From NCBI RefSeq assembly GCF_009914755.1, contig NC_060948.1: 64,000 bases of DNA; one strand, written 5' to 3'. This document shows, piece after piece, positions 36,153 through 49,941 of the stretch; the first letter of the stretch is position 1, and every line of letters starts with the position of its first letter. The DNA is from the human T2T-CHM13v2.0 reference genome, Homo sapiens. The notes under the pieces were generated by a model. The model was not told the origin of the DNA and searched no databases. It saw only the letters and a program-made list of their open reading frames with translations. Position numbers and translations under genes: made by a program.

Positions 36153-37340
36153 ATGTTACTGCCTTACAGTTTCTATCATAATTAGCCATTAGGGTTATCT
36201 TGAGTAGCTGTAAATATTCAAAGGCAACACTGTACCTAGAACTATATTTGGAAGAATACCAGAAGGTATGTGTGAAATAAAAAGAATATATAATGCTCTC
36301 TAATGCAAATCACCTCTTGCTGGCATATAGAAACTAAGTTTTAATTAGATCAAAGACTGAGATTCAAAGCCATGATTACTGGAATAATGGACACATTATA
36401 AATATGCATTAAATGCTTTTTTTTTTTCTCTCAGCACATTATAATGGGAGATCTCTGTATTTCTATTTATGTTGTCAATTTGGTTGCACTGTTGATTACT
36501 ATTATATTTAAACCTAAAAATACTGTGGGTAATGATTAACTGGATACACGGAATAAAAGCGTAATTGTGGATGGATATGAGTAGTGTAAGATGGACCTGT
36601 TGTTAAGAATACTTTTTATTTTAATGTTGAAATCACTCAAAGAACTCATGATTTTCATTTAAATTTAGTAGAATAAAAATGATATGGCTGCTGGCATGGC
36701 ACTAAAATTGTGAATATGCCCTTAAATGAAAATTGCTCATGTAAGCAAAAGTGGGTGTACTTGGAAATCAGAATGTAGGAATGCAATTTTGAAAACCGTA
36801 ATAAACACTCGATTTAAGAGACAGCTTTACATTCACTCATACATCATGTTAAAGAGAATTAGTGTAGAAAAAGAAGTTCACCATAAAAACTAACAATTCA
36901 AATACACAATCTATGTATTATGGGAGGTTTAACCTCGCAAAAGTATCCTTTAATTGAGTGCACATCAGACTATTTAAGAGCAAATTAATAATGATGAACT
37001 TATGATTACATAAAAACATCAGTTTTTTTTTTTTTTTCCAGAGGGTCTATCAATAGATATACACAATGGAGTAGTAACAAATAATAAATCACAGGTAGAT
37101 ATTCCAACCTGAATAAATTTATCAGCATAACACTAAATTTTTAAAAAGGAAAATCAAAGAACAATTTGTCCAGTATGATCATACTTACATAAATATCAAA
37201 ACATGAAAACTAGTGTGATATATTTATATTATCAATATATTTACATATAAATATCTATATACAAATATGCACATATATTTAAAAAAATATTTAATATAGA
37301 TAAATATGTAAGCGACAGAGATATAAATAAACCTAGAAAA

Positions 37341-37651
37341 GGCCAGGGGTGGTGGCTCATGTCTATAATCCCAGCGCTTTTGTAGGCTGTGGAGGGAGAA
37401 ACACTTGAGACCAGGAGTCTGGGACCAAGCTAGGAAACAGAGTCAACTCCATGTCTACAGAAATAAAAATAAAAATAATTAGCTGGGTGCAGTTGTGCAT
37501 ACTTGCAGTCTCAGCTGTTTGGGAGGCTTATGTCATAAGGTTACTTGAGCTCAGAGGTTGGAGGTTGCAGTGGGCCATGATCGCACCACTGCTTTCTAGC
37601 CAGAGACCCTGTTACCTCCCCTACCAAAACAAAATAAAACAAACAAAAAAA
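37341..37651 (+). mobile_element. Alu (AluJ-like)
   Basis: ggccaggggtggtggctcatg start, dimeric, A-rich tail. Confidence 0.9.
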
Positions 37652-38094
37652 TGAAAAGCAAATTACTTAATCAGAAGGAGTTCTCAGACCAAAATGTGCC
37701 ACTTCCAAGGGACTTGAGTTGAATGATGATATTTACCTAAATGAATTCAAGACAGAAGAAGGGAAGGTAGGAAAAACTATCCCTAAGGGAAGAAATGGGA
37801 GAACATAAAAAGGCAGATTTCTTGTAGAATAAATAAATGCAGTGAGATGAGTGGAAGTCATGCAGAGAAATATCAAGAAAGAAGACAGAAAAGATGTTAG
37901 TCAGTGAGGATAACAACATTGTAGGTTACTATGGAGCTCATACTGACGTAAGCAAAACATAGGCCTGGGTTATTTTGTTTAATGTCTTTTTTTTAAATAT
38001 TGTTGATAGAAATGTATGTGCTTATCAATATAAAGGGTAGATTAAAACACTGATATGTGATCATGCTATAACTGTCAATGGTATGTAAGGATGG

Positions 38095-38456
38095 TGTATT
38101 AGTCTATTTCCAGGCTGCTAATAAAGACATACCCAAGGCTGGGTAATTTATAAAGGAAAGTTGTTTAATTTACTCACAGTTCAGCATGACTGAGGAGGCC
38201 TCAGGAAATTTAAGATTATGGCAGAAGATGAAGCAGTCTTCTTCTTCTTCTCAAGATGGCAGGAAGAAGAATGATGCAAGAGGAGCTACCAAAGACTCAT
38301 AAAACCATCAGATGTGAAAACTCACTTAGTATCATGCCAACAGCATGAGGGAAACCACCTCCATGATCCAATCACTTCCACATAGTCTCCTTTTACACAA
38401 GACGATTACGGTGATTATAGAGATTATAATTGGGACACAAAGCCTAACCATATTAG
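38095..38456 (-). mobile_element. MST/THE1 MaLR LTR
   Basis: tgtattagtctatttccaggctgct...gaggcctcaggaaa...cctaaccata. Confidence 0.85.
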
Positions 38457-38782
38457 ATGGTAACTGTAAAATTAGAAAATCCAGCATGCTCTAAAAAAAA
38501 GCCATAACCAATAATTTTTCTAAGAGTTTAAGATTATAAAATATAATCCTTATGTTCATCCTTTACACCCCTGGAGGATTGTATTTTATAATTTTAACTG
38601 TTTAGAGCAAAATTATAATATTACAAAATGGTTGATGACTATAGTCACAGAAAAAGTAAGTAAGCCAGCAGAATTTCTGTAAAAAAAATGAAATTAAAGC
38701 ATGGAAACAATGAGGCCCAAAAAGTTATCATATGTCACCGAGAAACTCTGACCCTGTGAAAGCAGGAACTGAAACCTTGATT

Positions 38783-39585
38783 AGCAACATTATTCACAAT
38801 GAGGAAAAAGTGAAAACAACCCAAATCTCTATCAACAGATGAATGGATAAACAAATTGTGGCCTTTCCATAAAATAGAATATTATTCAGCCTTAAAACGG
38901 AGTGCAGTACTGATACATGCAGAAATGTGAATGAGCTCTGAAAACACCGGGCTCAGTGAAATAAGTCAGACACAGAAGGCCACATATTGTGTGATTCCAT
39001 TTCTATGAAATAGCCAGGTTTGCATGGGAGAACCATAGAGACAGAAAGTTGATTTGTGGTTGTTAGGAACTAGGGGTGAGGATGGTGTGGGAGGTGATGA
39101 GTGACTGTTGCATGGATATGGGGTTCTTTTTTTTTTTTTATTTTTGAGTCACAGTCTTGTTCTGTCACCCAGAAAGGCAGTGGCATGATCTCAGCAGACT
39201 GTAACCTCCACCTCCGAGGTTCAAGTGATTCTCATGCCTCAGCCTCCCTACTAGCTGGGATTACTGGCATATGCCATCACACCTTGCTAATTTTTTTTCT
39301 TTTTTTCTGGCATTTTCAGTAGAGACAGAGTTTTGCCATGTAGGCAAGGCTGTTCTCCAACTCCTGACCTCAGGTGATCCACCCACCTCAGCCTCCCAAG
39401 TGCTAACTCCCAGGCGTGAACCACCAAGCTGGGCCTGAGATTTCTTTTTAAGGTGATGAAAATATTCAAGAACCAAATAAAGGTGATGGTTGCATTACAT
39501 TGTGAAAACATTAAAAGTCACAGAAGTGTACACTTTAAAATGGTTAATTTTATATTATGTGAATTTTATCTCCACCCAAAAAAAG
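38783..39585 (+). mobile_element. L1MB-like 3' end split by an Alu
   Basis: 'cagatgaatggataaacaaattgtgg' and 'cactttaaaatggttaattttatattatgtgaatttta'. Confidence 0.8.
39126..39435 (-). mobile_element. Alu (AluS-like)
   Basis: T tail, dimer, 'ctcctgacctcaggtgatcc'. Confidence 0.92.
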
Positions 39586-39742
39586 AATGAAACTCTTCTG
39601 TGTAATAAAAATAGTCTGAAACAAAACCTTGTAATCTTTGTAACATATAAGGAGTACAGGTAAATGTCTGTATAACTTTTTAAAAAAATTCTAAGACAAA
39701 GGAAAAAGAATGCTTGCCGCACTCATAAAATGCCAGAGATTT

Positions 39743-40050
<308 letters not shown>

Positions 40051-40099
40051 GCCAGAGAGTTCCAGGATGGTTTTATTCTAAATAAATTAAGCCTTATTT

Positions 40100-40850
40100 A
40101 TGTTTTAACACTTTGTTTGAAGATAACTATAGATTTTCCCAAAAGTTTCCCAACTAGTATAGAGAGTTCCGTTCACCTTTTGGAATGCTTTTTCTAACGT
40201 TAACATCTTTTGTCATCATAGTGCAATTATAAAACCAGGAAATTATCACTGATAGAATGCTGTCAACTGAACTACAGATCTAAGTAAAATTCTGACAATT
40301 TTATCCCTAGTGTTCTGTAGTTGTCCTTTTTCACACTGCTGTGGAGATACTACCTGAGACTGGTAATTCATAAAGAAAAGAGGTTTAATTGACTTTTAAT
40401 TCTGCATGGTTGGCGAGGCCTCAGGAAATGTATAATCATAGCAGAAGGGGAAGGAAGGCATATCTTACATGGCAGCAGGAGATAGATCAGAGATAACTGA
40501 CATTTTTAAAAGCATCAGATCCTGTAAGAAGTCCCTCACTATCATGAGAGCAACATTGTATAATTACCCATGTGATCTAATCGTTACCCACCAAGACCCT
40601 CCCTCAATAAGTGGGGATTACAATTCAAGATGAGATTTGGGGGGGGGACACAGAGCCAAACCACATCATGTTCTCTTACAGAAATGACCCAATCCAGGAT
40701 TGCTCATTGTATTTAATTGTGATAGCTCCATACTCTCCTACAATCAGTGACAGTTTCACATTTATTCCTAGCATTTTATGACCTTGATGCTCTTGAACAG
40801 CTGTTGCCAGATACCTTGTATCCTGTCTCTTGGGCAATTTAAAAATATGT
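40100..40850 (-). mobile_element. Ancient L1M 3' fragment split by an MST LTR
   Basis: 'agtatagagagttcc' and 'aaaccaggaaattatcactgatagaatgc' resemble antisense L1MC/ME. Confidence 0.5.
40316..40668 (-). mobile_element. MST MaLR LTR
   Basis: 'tacctgagactgg', 'gaggcctcaggaaa' and 'caattcaagatgagatttgg'. Confidence 0.87.
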
Positions 40851-42309
40851 AAAGACCTCAAAAAAAGAAATTGGGTATTTAAAGATCAAGGTACTCATCT
40901 GAGAAATGTTTGGCACAGGAATGGGCAGAAATAAATGACAAAAAAAAACCACTCTCAAAAATTACAAATACCAATTATTTAAATGATATGTAGTTAAGCT
41001 GCGGACATGAACAAGGTCTCTAAAACATGGTACAGTCCAAGAAGTTCAGATAGTGAATGGAAGCTAACAGGGAGCACAGGAAAAAGAGAGATTTGCGTAT
41101 ATCATGCCATGAGGACCATTTGCAGTGGGTGAGGGATGAGGCTCTCTAGAGTAGTTTAGATGTAGCTCTTAGCTTAGCATCTCATCGGGGTGACATGACA
41201 AGGCCACCTTTGTCATGGCCCTGCTTTGCTTGTTAATATATCAAGTGTTCCTTAAACCCAGTCTCCTCAAAAACTAGGAACACCCAGTCCTCCCTTGCAC
41301 TTGCTCCATGTTCACTAACTCTTGACTTTAATTTCTATATTTGTATTATTGCCTTGGGGATCACCTCTCCCCAGTAAATTGCTGGCCCACTACAATCTCT
41401 GAGCCCAATTCTCCCTCATGGCATGCTTTTTTACCAATGTTATTTTATCACTGAATATTTTCAGTTTCTTCTCTGAATATACTTTATCTCTGTGATATTT
41501 GTCTAACGCAAATCCAACTTATTTTGGAGTAGATGATAATTGCTATAAATCATAAGAAAATGTTCTCTTATTTGATTATACCATACTCCTTTATTCATTT
41601 GTTGTTATAGCACATTTATTTTAGCATGAATATGCTCTGATTCTTGCCCCATTTCTACTACCTGTAACTCTTTCTTGGGTTATTGATGTGCTTAAACATG
41701 ACCAGTCATTTCACAGCAAAGATATTTGCAGGTTGATTATTTTTGTCTCAATGTGTACTTGTCAATAGTATATGCTATAATGCCTCTAGTTTCATCAGGG
41801 TACTCTGTACTAGAGAACATTCTTCATGGGATTTGTGGATGTTTTTTATTATTTATCAGTTGTACCTTCATAATTCAAATTGATCACCCTAGGCTTTGAA
41901 GTAAATCATTCAACATCCTATGAGAAAGCTTAGGAATCCTCAAGACAGTGGTAGTTTCAAAGGCACACCACATGTTAGTTCTCCTTCCAAATCCATTATT
42001 TAAAATTTCCCAGGAAAATAAATGTAGAGAGAAAGTAGAGTGAGATGTGAAAATCTCCCAGAGTTTTCAATTGCATACACTGGGCATCCCATTGTTCAAT
42101 AACTCCAGCTCATACCAAAATTTGGTCTGGACAAATTTTGCCGAGAGAAACTATTTGCAAACATTTCCTAGGATAAGAATGTAAGACTGTATGGTATAGT
42201 TCACTTTTCTATTTCTTTACATCATCTTCCCTTTTGCTATGTTCTTGCAGGGAAGGATGGTTGCTAAAGATACTCAGAAGAGTTCCTTTCATCAAGGACA
42301 CTAAAACGT

Positions 42310-42436
42310 GTTCTTGTGGTAGCTCACATCTGTAGTCTCAGCGCTCTGGTAGGCTGATGCAGGAAGATTCCTTGAATCAAAGAGTTTAAGGCCAGCCCAA
42401 ACAACACAACAAGACCCCATCTCTACCAAACAACAG
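42310..42436 (+). mobile_element. Alu left monomer (FLAM-like)
   Basis: 'gtggtagctcacatctgtagtctcagc...aagaccccatctctac'. Confidence 0.75.
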
Positions 42437-44039
42437 GCACTTTTATAGTACACACTGCTGCAAAAATGTAGACGAAAGCTCATTTCGCATTCATAACAAT
42501 GTGTGACACGAAGAAGCATTTACCTTCCAGTAGAATTTGTGTTGAGTGTTTTTACTTGATCCACAAATAAACTACCAGGCAGAGGTCCAACTTTCTCTCT
42601 TCCTTTCCCACTTACATCTGAGATGACATAGAAAAGAAGACAGATATATTTTACAACATAAAATAAAATCTTTCTCCCTCTCTGCCTACTCTGCAAATAA
42701 ATCATTTGTATTTTCAGGAAAACACTCATGTATAAATGACTATAACAGTTTAGTTGCCCAATGCTGAGAGTTTAAACTTCCAATGGAGATAGCCTTTTAG
42801 CATAGAAGGTTTTAAAATTCATAACTGAAATATCAGTATCTCATCAGTTTACAGAAGGTATGGCCTCTGGGAGAATATCATAATTTTCCAAAATTTGTAT
42901 GGAGCTGAAAGCACCTTGTCTAAGAAATTGCCCATAATATACAAAAACACAATTAAAAATGTGGACCTAAAAATGGACTTGCAGAGCATGCAGCCTTGGA
43001 AAAGAGATGGTGATAAATATAAAAATATTAAGATAGAAAATAGTTTTACCACATCTATAATCAGCACCAAATTTCACTTGTACTAAAGTAATAGAATGAG
43101 CTGTGTTACCAAAAACATTGTTATCACAATATAGGTGTAAGATATTTGAAAAAGGAGAGGATTTTTTAAAAATCCAGCTTCATTTGGAGTATATCTTTGA
43201 TACACAGCCATTGAATCAATCTCTTTAAACCATACAAAATGAAAACATTGAATGCACAAACATAAATGCATCCAGTTTCATAATATCCTGTAAGTACTCT
43301 CACATTCCTGAGACCTGCTGGGCTTTGAAAGAGTAGGTTAATTCCTCTGTCTCATCACAATGTTGGGGGAAAATGTTGTGACTTAAATGTGGATATCCTA
43401 TTTATCTCCTGTTGGGAAGGAAGTATTTACATGTATTGTGAAGCTTTGAAATGATGAATTACAATGGTTAGAGGAAAATATAGTGCCTGGGTTCCACCAC
43501 TGGGCAGACAAATTACCATAATGCTGTGTGAGTAACACTTTATAAATGTATTTGTCCCACAGGAGCAGTTTCACTGCTCCGGTAATATGATTCACTGCAT
43601 GTAACAGATTAGGTGAAATCTACTTATATTTTCAGGAACTTGTGTGAAATAACTAACTTAACCTATCTGAAAACTGTATTAAATTTTTCAAATCTTGTAA
43701 GTGCTCTCTAGGACTACAAAATGAGAACTACTGGGCTTTCATTGGGACAACACAACTGGTATACAGAGGAACATCACAGTCTCCTACCACAAATCATCAT
43801 AAAACAAGCCCATTAAGTTGTATGCTTTACATAGAAAAATTGTGTGGCACACATTTCATAGAATTATCTACACATATGCATGTGGTCTTGTGTCAAAAAA
43901 GTTGTTCCGTATTGAAGCTGCTGTCCCAGCTCAGAAAATATCTAAACCAATTTGTCTGAATGTTTCATTAACTGATGGATCTTAATGCTTAATGCTGTAT
44001 TTTGGCTTCTTAAGATCCACTGCATATGCCATCACTGCT

Positions 44040-44470
44040 TCTGTCTTCATCTGTGGGGGTTGCTGTGACAGAATAACATAACCTGGATGAATTTTAAAAA
44101 CACATGTAATTCTTAGAATTCTGGAGGCTGAGATGTCTGAGATCAGGGTGCCATGAGGGTAAGGTTCTGGAGAGGGCCTTCTGTAGAGTTTGTAAACAGC
44201 CACCTTTTTTCTCACTGTATCCTCACATGGCCAAGTGGAAGAGAGATAAAGAAAGAGGAAAAGAGAAAGAGAAAGGGAAAAAGAGAAAGAGAAAGAAATT
44301 GAAAGAGAAAGCTCTTGTGTTTCTTCTTAAAAGTACACTAATCCCATCACAGGCTACACCCTTATGGTCTGCTCACCTCCAAATTTCCCCCACCTCCTAA
44401 TCTCATCACACTGGGGATTAGGGTTTCAACATATGCATGCTGGAGGAATACAAACACTCAGTCTATAGCA
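44040..44470 (-). mobile_element. MLT1A/B-like MaLR LTR
   Basis: 'ttctggaggctgagatgtctgagatcagggtgcc' and 'attagggtttcaacatatg'. Confidence 0.75.
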
Positions 44471-45092
44471 GCAGGGGAATTGTCTCCCTTTCATTGTGTG
44501 AAATTGAGTGCTAAGGTAGACCAAGTCAACTCTCTCCACTTTAGAAAGCCCAGTGAGACAAATGTGGTCTCTGGCCAAGGAGCAGGTATTTGACTTGTCT
44601 CCCTAGTCAGGGTATTACCTCTTGTGCAAGGGAGGAGCATGAAACTGATGGCTCATGCCTCATCACTGCATACTGGTGTGGTGACAAATGGCTTCCAGGA
44701 GCCTCTATAAATATCTTTGTATGCACTGGATCCCAAGTCTTTATCACTACACTAAGGTGGATTTTGTATCTTTTCAATTTATTTCTCCCAAATTCCAAAA
44801 TGAGCTTCAATTGCTTTGGACTAAAACCCATACTGATACAGATGTTCCCCCAAAGCAGGTGTGTGGCAGGAGGTAGGAATAAACATTTGAAGTTAAATTC
44901 CATACTGTTTATCTAATGAGTATTAATTTCATCCAAAAAATGACAATAAACTTTATAAGGAATTAATAATCTCATTCTCAGGTTGTCTTTTAAGACAGGG
45001 ACAATATCCAGAAAAGACACTGGACTAAATGCCAAATTCTATCAGTTTTTTAAAAATAATGTTTCATTTTTAATTAATTGTTTTTTCTGAAT

Positions 45093-45290
45093 TTATTATT
45101 TTTTTTAGAGAAGGATCTTGTCTTGCTGCCCAGGCTGGAGTGCAGTGACATCATCACAGTTCACTGCAGCCTTGCCCTCCTCAGCTCAAGGGATCCTCCT
45201 GCCTTGGCCTCCCACGTAGTAGGGACTACAGGTGGACAACTCCATGTCAAGATAATAATTTTTCTTTTTTTGGTAAAGACAGGGTTTTGC
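45093..45290 (-). mobile_element. Partial Alu (AluJ-like)
   Basis: Right arm plus linker, left arm truncated. Confidence 0.82.
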
Positions 45291-45338
45291 CAAATAAATT
45301 TTGGCACAAAGAATGCTGTTTGGTGGTGTGGTTATGTA

Positions 45339-45672
45339 TGTATTAGTCCGTTTTCTTGCTACTGATAAAGGCATATCTGAGACAGATAAGAAAAAGATGT
45401 TTAATGGACTTACAGTTCCATATGGATGGGGAGGCCTCATGATGGAATGCAAGGAGGAGCAAGCCACATCTTAAATGAATGATGGTGAATAAAAAGACCT
45501 TCTGCAGGGAACTTCCCCTTTTTCAAACCATCAGCTCTCACTAGACTTATTTCCCATTATGAGAACAGCACAGGAAAAACCTGCCCCACATGATTCAATT
45601 ACCTCTTACTTGGTCCCTCCCATAACATGTGTGAATTCAAGATGAGATTTGGGTAAGGACACAGCCTAACCC
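45339..45672 (-). mobile_element. THE1 MaLR LTR
   Basis: tgtattagtccgttttc...gataaaggcata...aatggacttacagttcca...gatgagatttggg. Confidence 0.85.
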
Positions 45673-45682
45673 CCATGCCTGA

Positions 45683-45728
45683 TATCTATCTATGTATCTA
45701 TCTATGTATCTATCTATGTATCTATCTG

Positions 45729-45762
<34 letters not shown>

Positions 45763-45950
45763 ATCTATCTATGTATCTATGCATCTATGTATCTATGTAT
45801 CTATCTATCTATCATCTACTATCTATGTATCTATCTATGTATCTATGTATCTATCTATCATCTATCTATGTATCTATCTATGCATCTGTCTATCTATCAT
45901 CTACTATCTATGTATCTATCTATCTATGTATCATCTATCTGTCTATGTAT
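45683..45950. repeat. Compound (TCTA)/(TGTA) tetranucleotide repeat
   Basis: Seen directly. Confidence 0.95.
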
Positions 45951-46155
45951 GAATTAGGGTGATTCAGGAAATAGCAGATATAAGACCTTGGTAGAAACAA
46001 GAGCTCTAGGTAGAGTTTTGGAGAACTCTTGTGTTCTTTGATGCAAATCTATTCTCACCTGGGAAAGAGAAAAATCCTACTCCTCATCTACCATTTTCCA
46101 TGAGGGGTTTAATCTTTTGTTCCCCTTAAAACAAAAAGCTGAAATTCATCGAATA

Positions 46156-47560
46156 TGTGATTTTTAATATATGTTATGATATATGACATATATGAATATG
46201 ATATATATAGGAAAAATCATATATATTATTTTTAATATATATTAGGACATATGATATATATTACATAGGTTTTCATCCACAGTTCCTGGGTCATAAGTCC
46301 CAAAACCCTTGCTATATTTTGGAGTGCTTTTGTCCTCAGAAGCAGACTTCAGAAAACAATCTCTTCCTCACTGAACTTCTCCTGCCTTCCTTCCACCTGC
46401 CCAAAGCAAGACTCTAACATTTTCCCAACTTCTGATCCATAGTCCAGTGTGTTATTTTTTGCCCCATTGACCCTCTGATATGATTTGGTTGTGTCCAACC
46501 CCACAGTCTCACCTTGAATTTTACTTCCCATAGTCCCCATGTGTCATGGGAGGGACCTGGTGGGAGGTAATTGAATCACTTATGCTCTTCTTATGATAGT
46601 GAGTGAGTTCTCAAAGAACGGATGATTTTATAAGAGACTTTTTACCCTTTTGCTCAGCACTTCTCTCTCTTGCCACCAAGTGAATAAGGACATGTTTGCT
46701 TCCTGTTCTGCCATGATTGGAAGTTTTATGAGTCCTCCCTAGCCATGTGGACCTATGAGTCAATTAAACCTCTTTCCTTTATAAATTACACAGTCTTGGG
46801 TATTTCTTCACAGTTACATGGGAATGGACTAAGATATCCTCCTTCCCCTAACTGTCTTGCTGTGGGACTTAAGACATTTATTTCAGAATGTAGCCTGTTC
46901 CTTACCCTGGAGGAAGCACTACTGCACAGAGAGGCCAAGAGGGATCTGAACAGATAGGTCTTGCTCTGTCCCCTTACTCAGCCTACTAGTGTTAGATAAT
47001 AGCCTTTTTGTACAATCACGTTTCTACTTGTTTGTCAATCATGCCTATCAATGAAATCTCCATAAAAAGACCAAGAAGATTGTATTTGTAGACCTTCTAG
47101 AGAGCTGAACACAGGGAGGCTGGCAGGCAGGTGGACAAGAACTCACCCATGTGCCTGGAGTGTGGTGCACGACAAACTCTGTGGGGACAGACACTGCTGT
47201 GCTCGGCACCTGCCCAGACTTTGCCATATGTATCTCTTCATGTGACTCTTTGTGTCCTTTAAAATATCCTATATAATAAACCACGAAGTGTAAGTAAGTA
47301 TTTTTCTGAGTTCTGTGACCCACTCCAGGAAATTAATCCAATCCAAGAGAGGGTCGTTGGAATGCTCCCAACTTGAAGCATATTTGGAGAAGTTCTGGAG
47401 ACCCACACTTGTGACTGTGCAGATGGAGTTAGCTGTCTTCTATGACTGAGGTGGTGTCCCCTGCAGAACTGCTTGCTTGCTTGGTGTGTGGGTGGAAACC
47501 CCCAAACATTTGTTCATAGACAGCTTCTATGTTGATTGTCATTGCAGTGTGAGAGCAGAG
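46156..47560 (+). mobile_element. MER21-like LTR split by a MaLR LTR
   Basis: 'ttcatccacagttcctgg', 'gagctgaacac' and 'gtaagtatttttctgagttctgtga'. Confidence 0.65.
46476..46835 (+). mobile_element. MST/THE1 MaLR LTR
   Basis: tgatatgatttggttgtgtcc...gagtcaattaaacctctttcctttataaattac. Confidence 0.87.
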
Positions 47561-48220
47561 AAAAACACTTTGAGTTTGTGTGAGAGTTTGTTTTTTATCT
47601 TGAGAAAATTTAGATTAACATTTGAAATTCGGAGTGTACTCTGGTTGGGCTGGTCAACAGGTGTGCCATTTTTGTCTTCCAGTAAATTTCAGCTTTCTGT
47701 TTTGAGGGGGACAATGGAATTAAACTACAATAGAAAATTGCAAGAGAAGAATGGAATTAGAATCTCATGGTTCTCTTTCCAAGGCGAGAATAGGTATGTG
47801 GCAAAACCCACCAAAACACTTTAGACTCTAGAGATAATTTCTATAATACTAGTGTCATATACCTGCTGTTTCTCAGGTCATCTCAATTCAGGTCATCATT
47901 GTCTCTTGCTCCAATTATTGTGAAAGACTCCTAATTGACAACCTGCAGGACTATGAGCCAGTAAACCTCTCTTTTTTTGTAAATTACCCAGTATCTTGTA
48001 TTGTTTTATAATAGTTCAAGAATGTACTAGTATCCCTGCCAAATGTGAGCTGTAGATTGTCAAACACCATGAATTAAAAAACTACAGAGGTGATCCAAGT
48101 AGGAGGAGGTGAGATTGTAGATGCTGTCCATGGCACAGTCATCACCACACAGTGAAAAGAGCTTATTGGAGGCATATTAAAGATAAGGATGATCTAAGAC
48201 TAATAACCAGGTTTGGAACA

Positions 48221-49023
48221 TATGGCAGACAGAATACAAATGTGCATACCCTAATCCTTGGAACCTGTGAATAGTTGATCTTTCTTGCCAAAAGGGAGTT
48301 TGTGGATGTGATTAAGTTAAGGATGTTGAAATCAGAAGTTGATCCTAGACTATCCAGGTGGTCCAGTGTCATCAGAAAAGTCCTTATAAGAGGAAGGCAG
48401 TAGGGTCAGAGTAAGAGAGAGATTTGAAGATGCTATTGATCTTACAGAAGGAGAAGAAAATCATGAACCAGAAAATTCTGGTGGCCTCTATGCACTGGAA
48501 GTGACATGGAACAGATTCTTCCTTATAGTTTTCAGAAAGGGACAGTGCTGTATTAGCTGTTTTTCATGTTGCTTATAAAGAATGAGTAATTTACAAAGAA
48601 AAAGAGGTTGAGTGGACTCACAGTTCCATGTGCTTAGGGACACCTCACAATCATGGTGGAAGGAAAAAGGAACATCTTACATGTGACAACAAGAGAATTT
48701 GTACAGGAAATCTCCCCTTTATAAAACTAACAGGTCTCATGAGACTTATTCACTATCATGAGAATGGCATGGGAAAGTCTCACCCACATGATTCAATTGC
48801 CTCCCACTGGGTCCCTTCCACAACATGTGAGAATTACAGGAGCTACAGTTCAGATGAAATTTGGGTGGGGACAGAGACAAATCATATGAACTGCACTACC
48901 AACTCCTTGATGTTAAACCAAGTCAGACTTTCATCTCCAAAACAGTAAGATAGTACATGGGTGTTGTTTAAAGCCCCTGAGTTTGTGGTAGTTGGTTACT
49001 GCAGCCACTGGAAAAAAAATACA
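48221..49023 (+). mobile_element. MLT1C/D-like LTR split by THE1
   Basis: 'ctaatccttggaacctgtgaata', 'gatgtgattaagttaaggat' and 'gtttgtggtagttggttactgcagc'. Confidence 0.8.
48549..48887 (-). mobile_element. THE1 MaLR LTR
   Basis: 'gactcacagttccatgtg' and 'tctcatgagacttattcactatcatgagaa'. Confidence 0.85.
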
Positions 49024-49163
49024 GGACAGGTGAGGGGAGAGATAGCAGGATGACTCCCAGGTTATAGAGAACAACTACTTGTTTGGTAGATCTCTTACCT
49101 TGTCCTTCGAAGGAGGAGCACTTCTAGGAATAGAGACACTTTCTCTTTTGCACACACTGCATT

Positions 49164-49626
49164 TGTAACCATACCAGAGCAATCTGGTTCAACTTTTATG
49201 TAGAAAGGTTGTGAATTGTTTTTCAGTTGTCCTGGATCCCCAGTTTAAGGTCACATAACCTGGGCATTCCAAAATGAACCAAGGTGGGACTTAAGTCCCA
49301 CAAGGAATGGGGACTGCATTAAGAAGCAAACACTCACGGTGGGATTCAGGGTCCAATCAGATTGAGCCCTGATTTCACCCTGTGGCAGAATCCACTAAGT
49401 TGATTCCTCTCAGCATTGCCTCATTGCAAGATCCAATCAGATAATGCTTTATTATTCCATGCTTATAAAACCCAACCTATCCCCATATTAGAGAGACAGA
49501 TTTGAACATTTCCTTCTGTCTCCTCACCAGTTGACTCACAGTAAAACTTTTCTTTTCTCAAAAGCCAATGCCATGGAATTGGCTTCTTTCTGCATCAGAA
49601 AAGAGCCCATTTATTGCTCAGTAACA
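49164..49626 (+). mobile_element. Solo LTR, LTR47-like
   Basis: TG...CA ends, 'catt' on both flanks, repeated gatccaatcagat CCAAT boxes, TATAAAA at ~49464. Confidence 0.75.
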
Positions 49627-49941
49627 CATTTGAGAGGGAAATAGGTGGTAGACAAATGGCTAGATATCCAGAGTTCTGAGACCAGGTCTGACCTGGGAGC
49701 AGAGAAGAGCTGATGTTTAAGCTGTTTGACGATGGGTCTGAATGGATTTATGATGGCTTTCTGGCCTTAGAAAAACAAAATAGTTGTATGTGTGTGAGAT
49801 TTTTTTCAATTGGGTGTGCAAGTCTTTCAGACAACAGCCAACATACACACCATCCTTGTAGATGGTTCAGATGGACACATAGCCAATGAGAACATCTTGG
49901 AGAACATCAATGTTTAAGGCACCAACTATAAGTCACACAGT

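Noticed and set aside
45675-45962. YLSI-repeat ORFs (also 7135-7363)
   Set aside because: Translations of TATC microsatellites.
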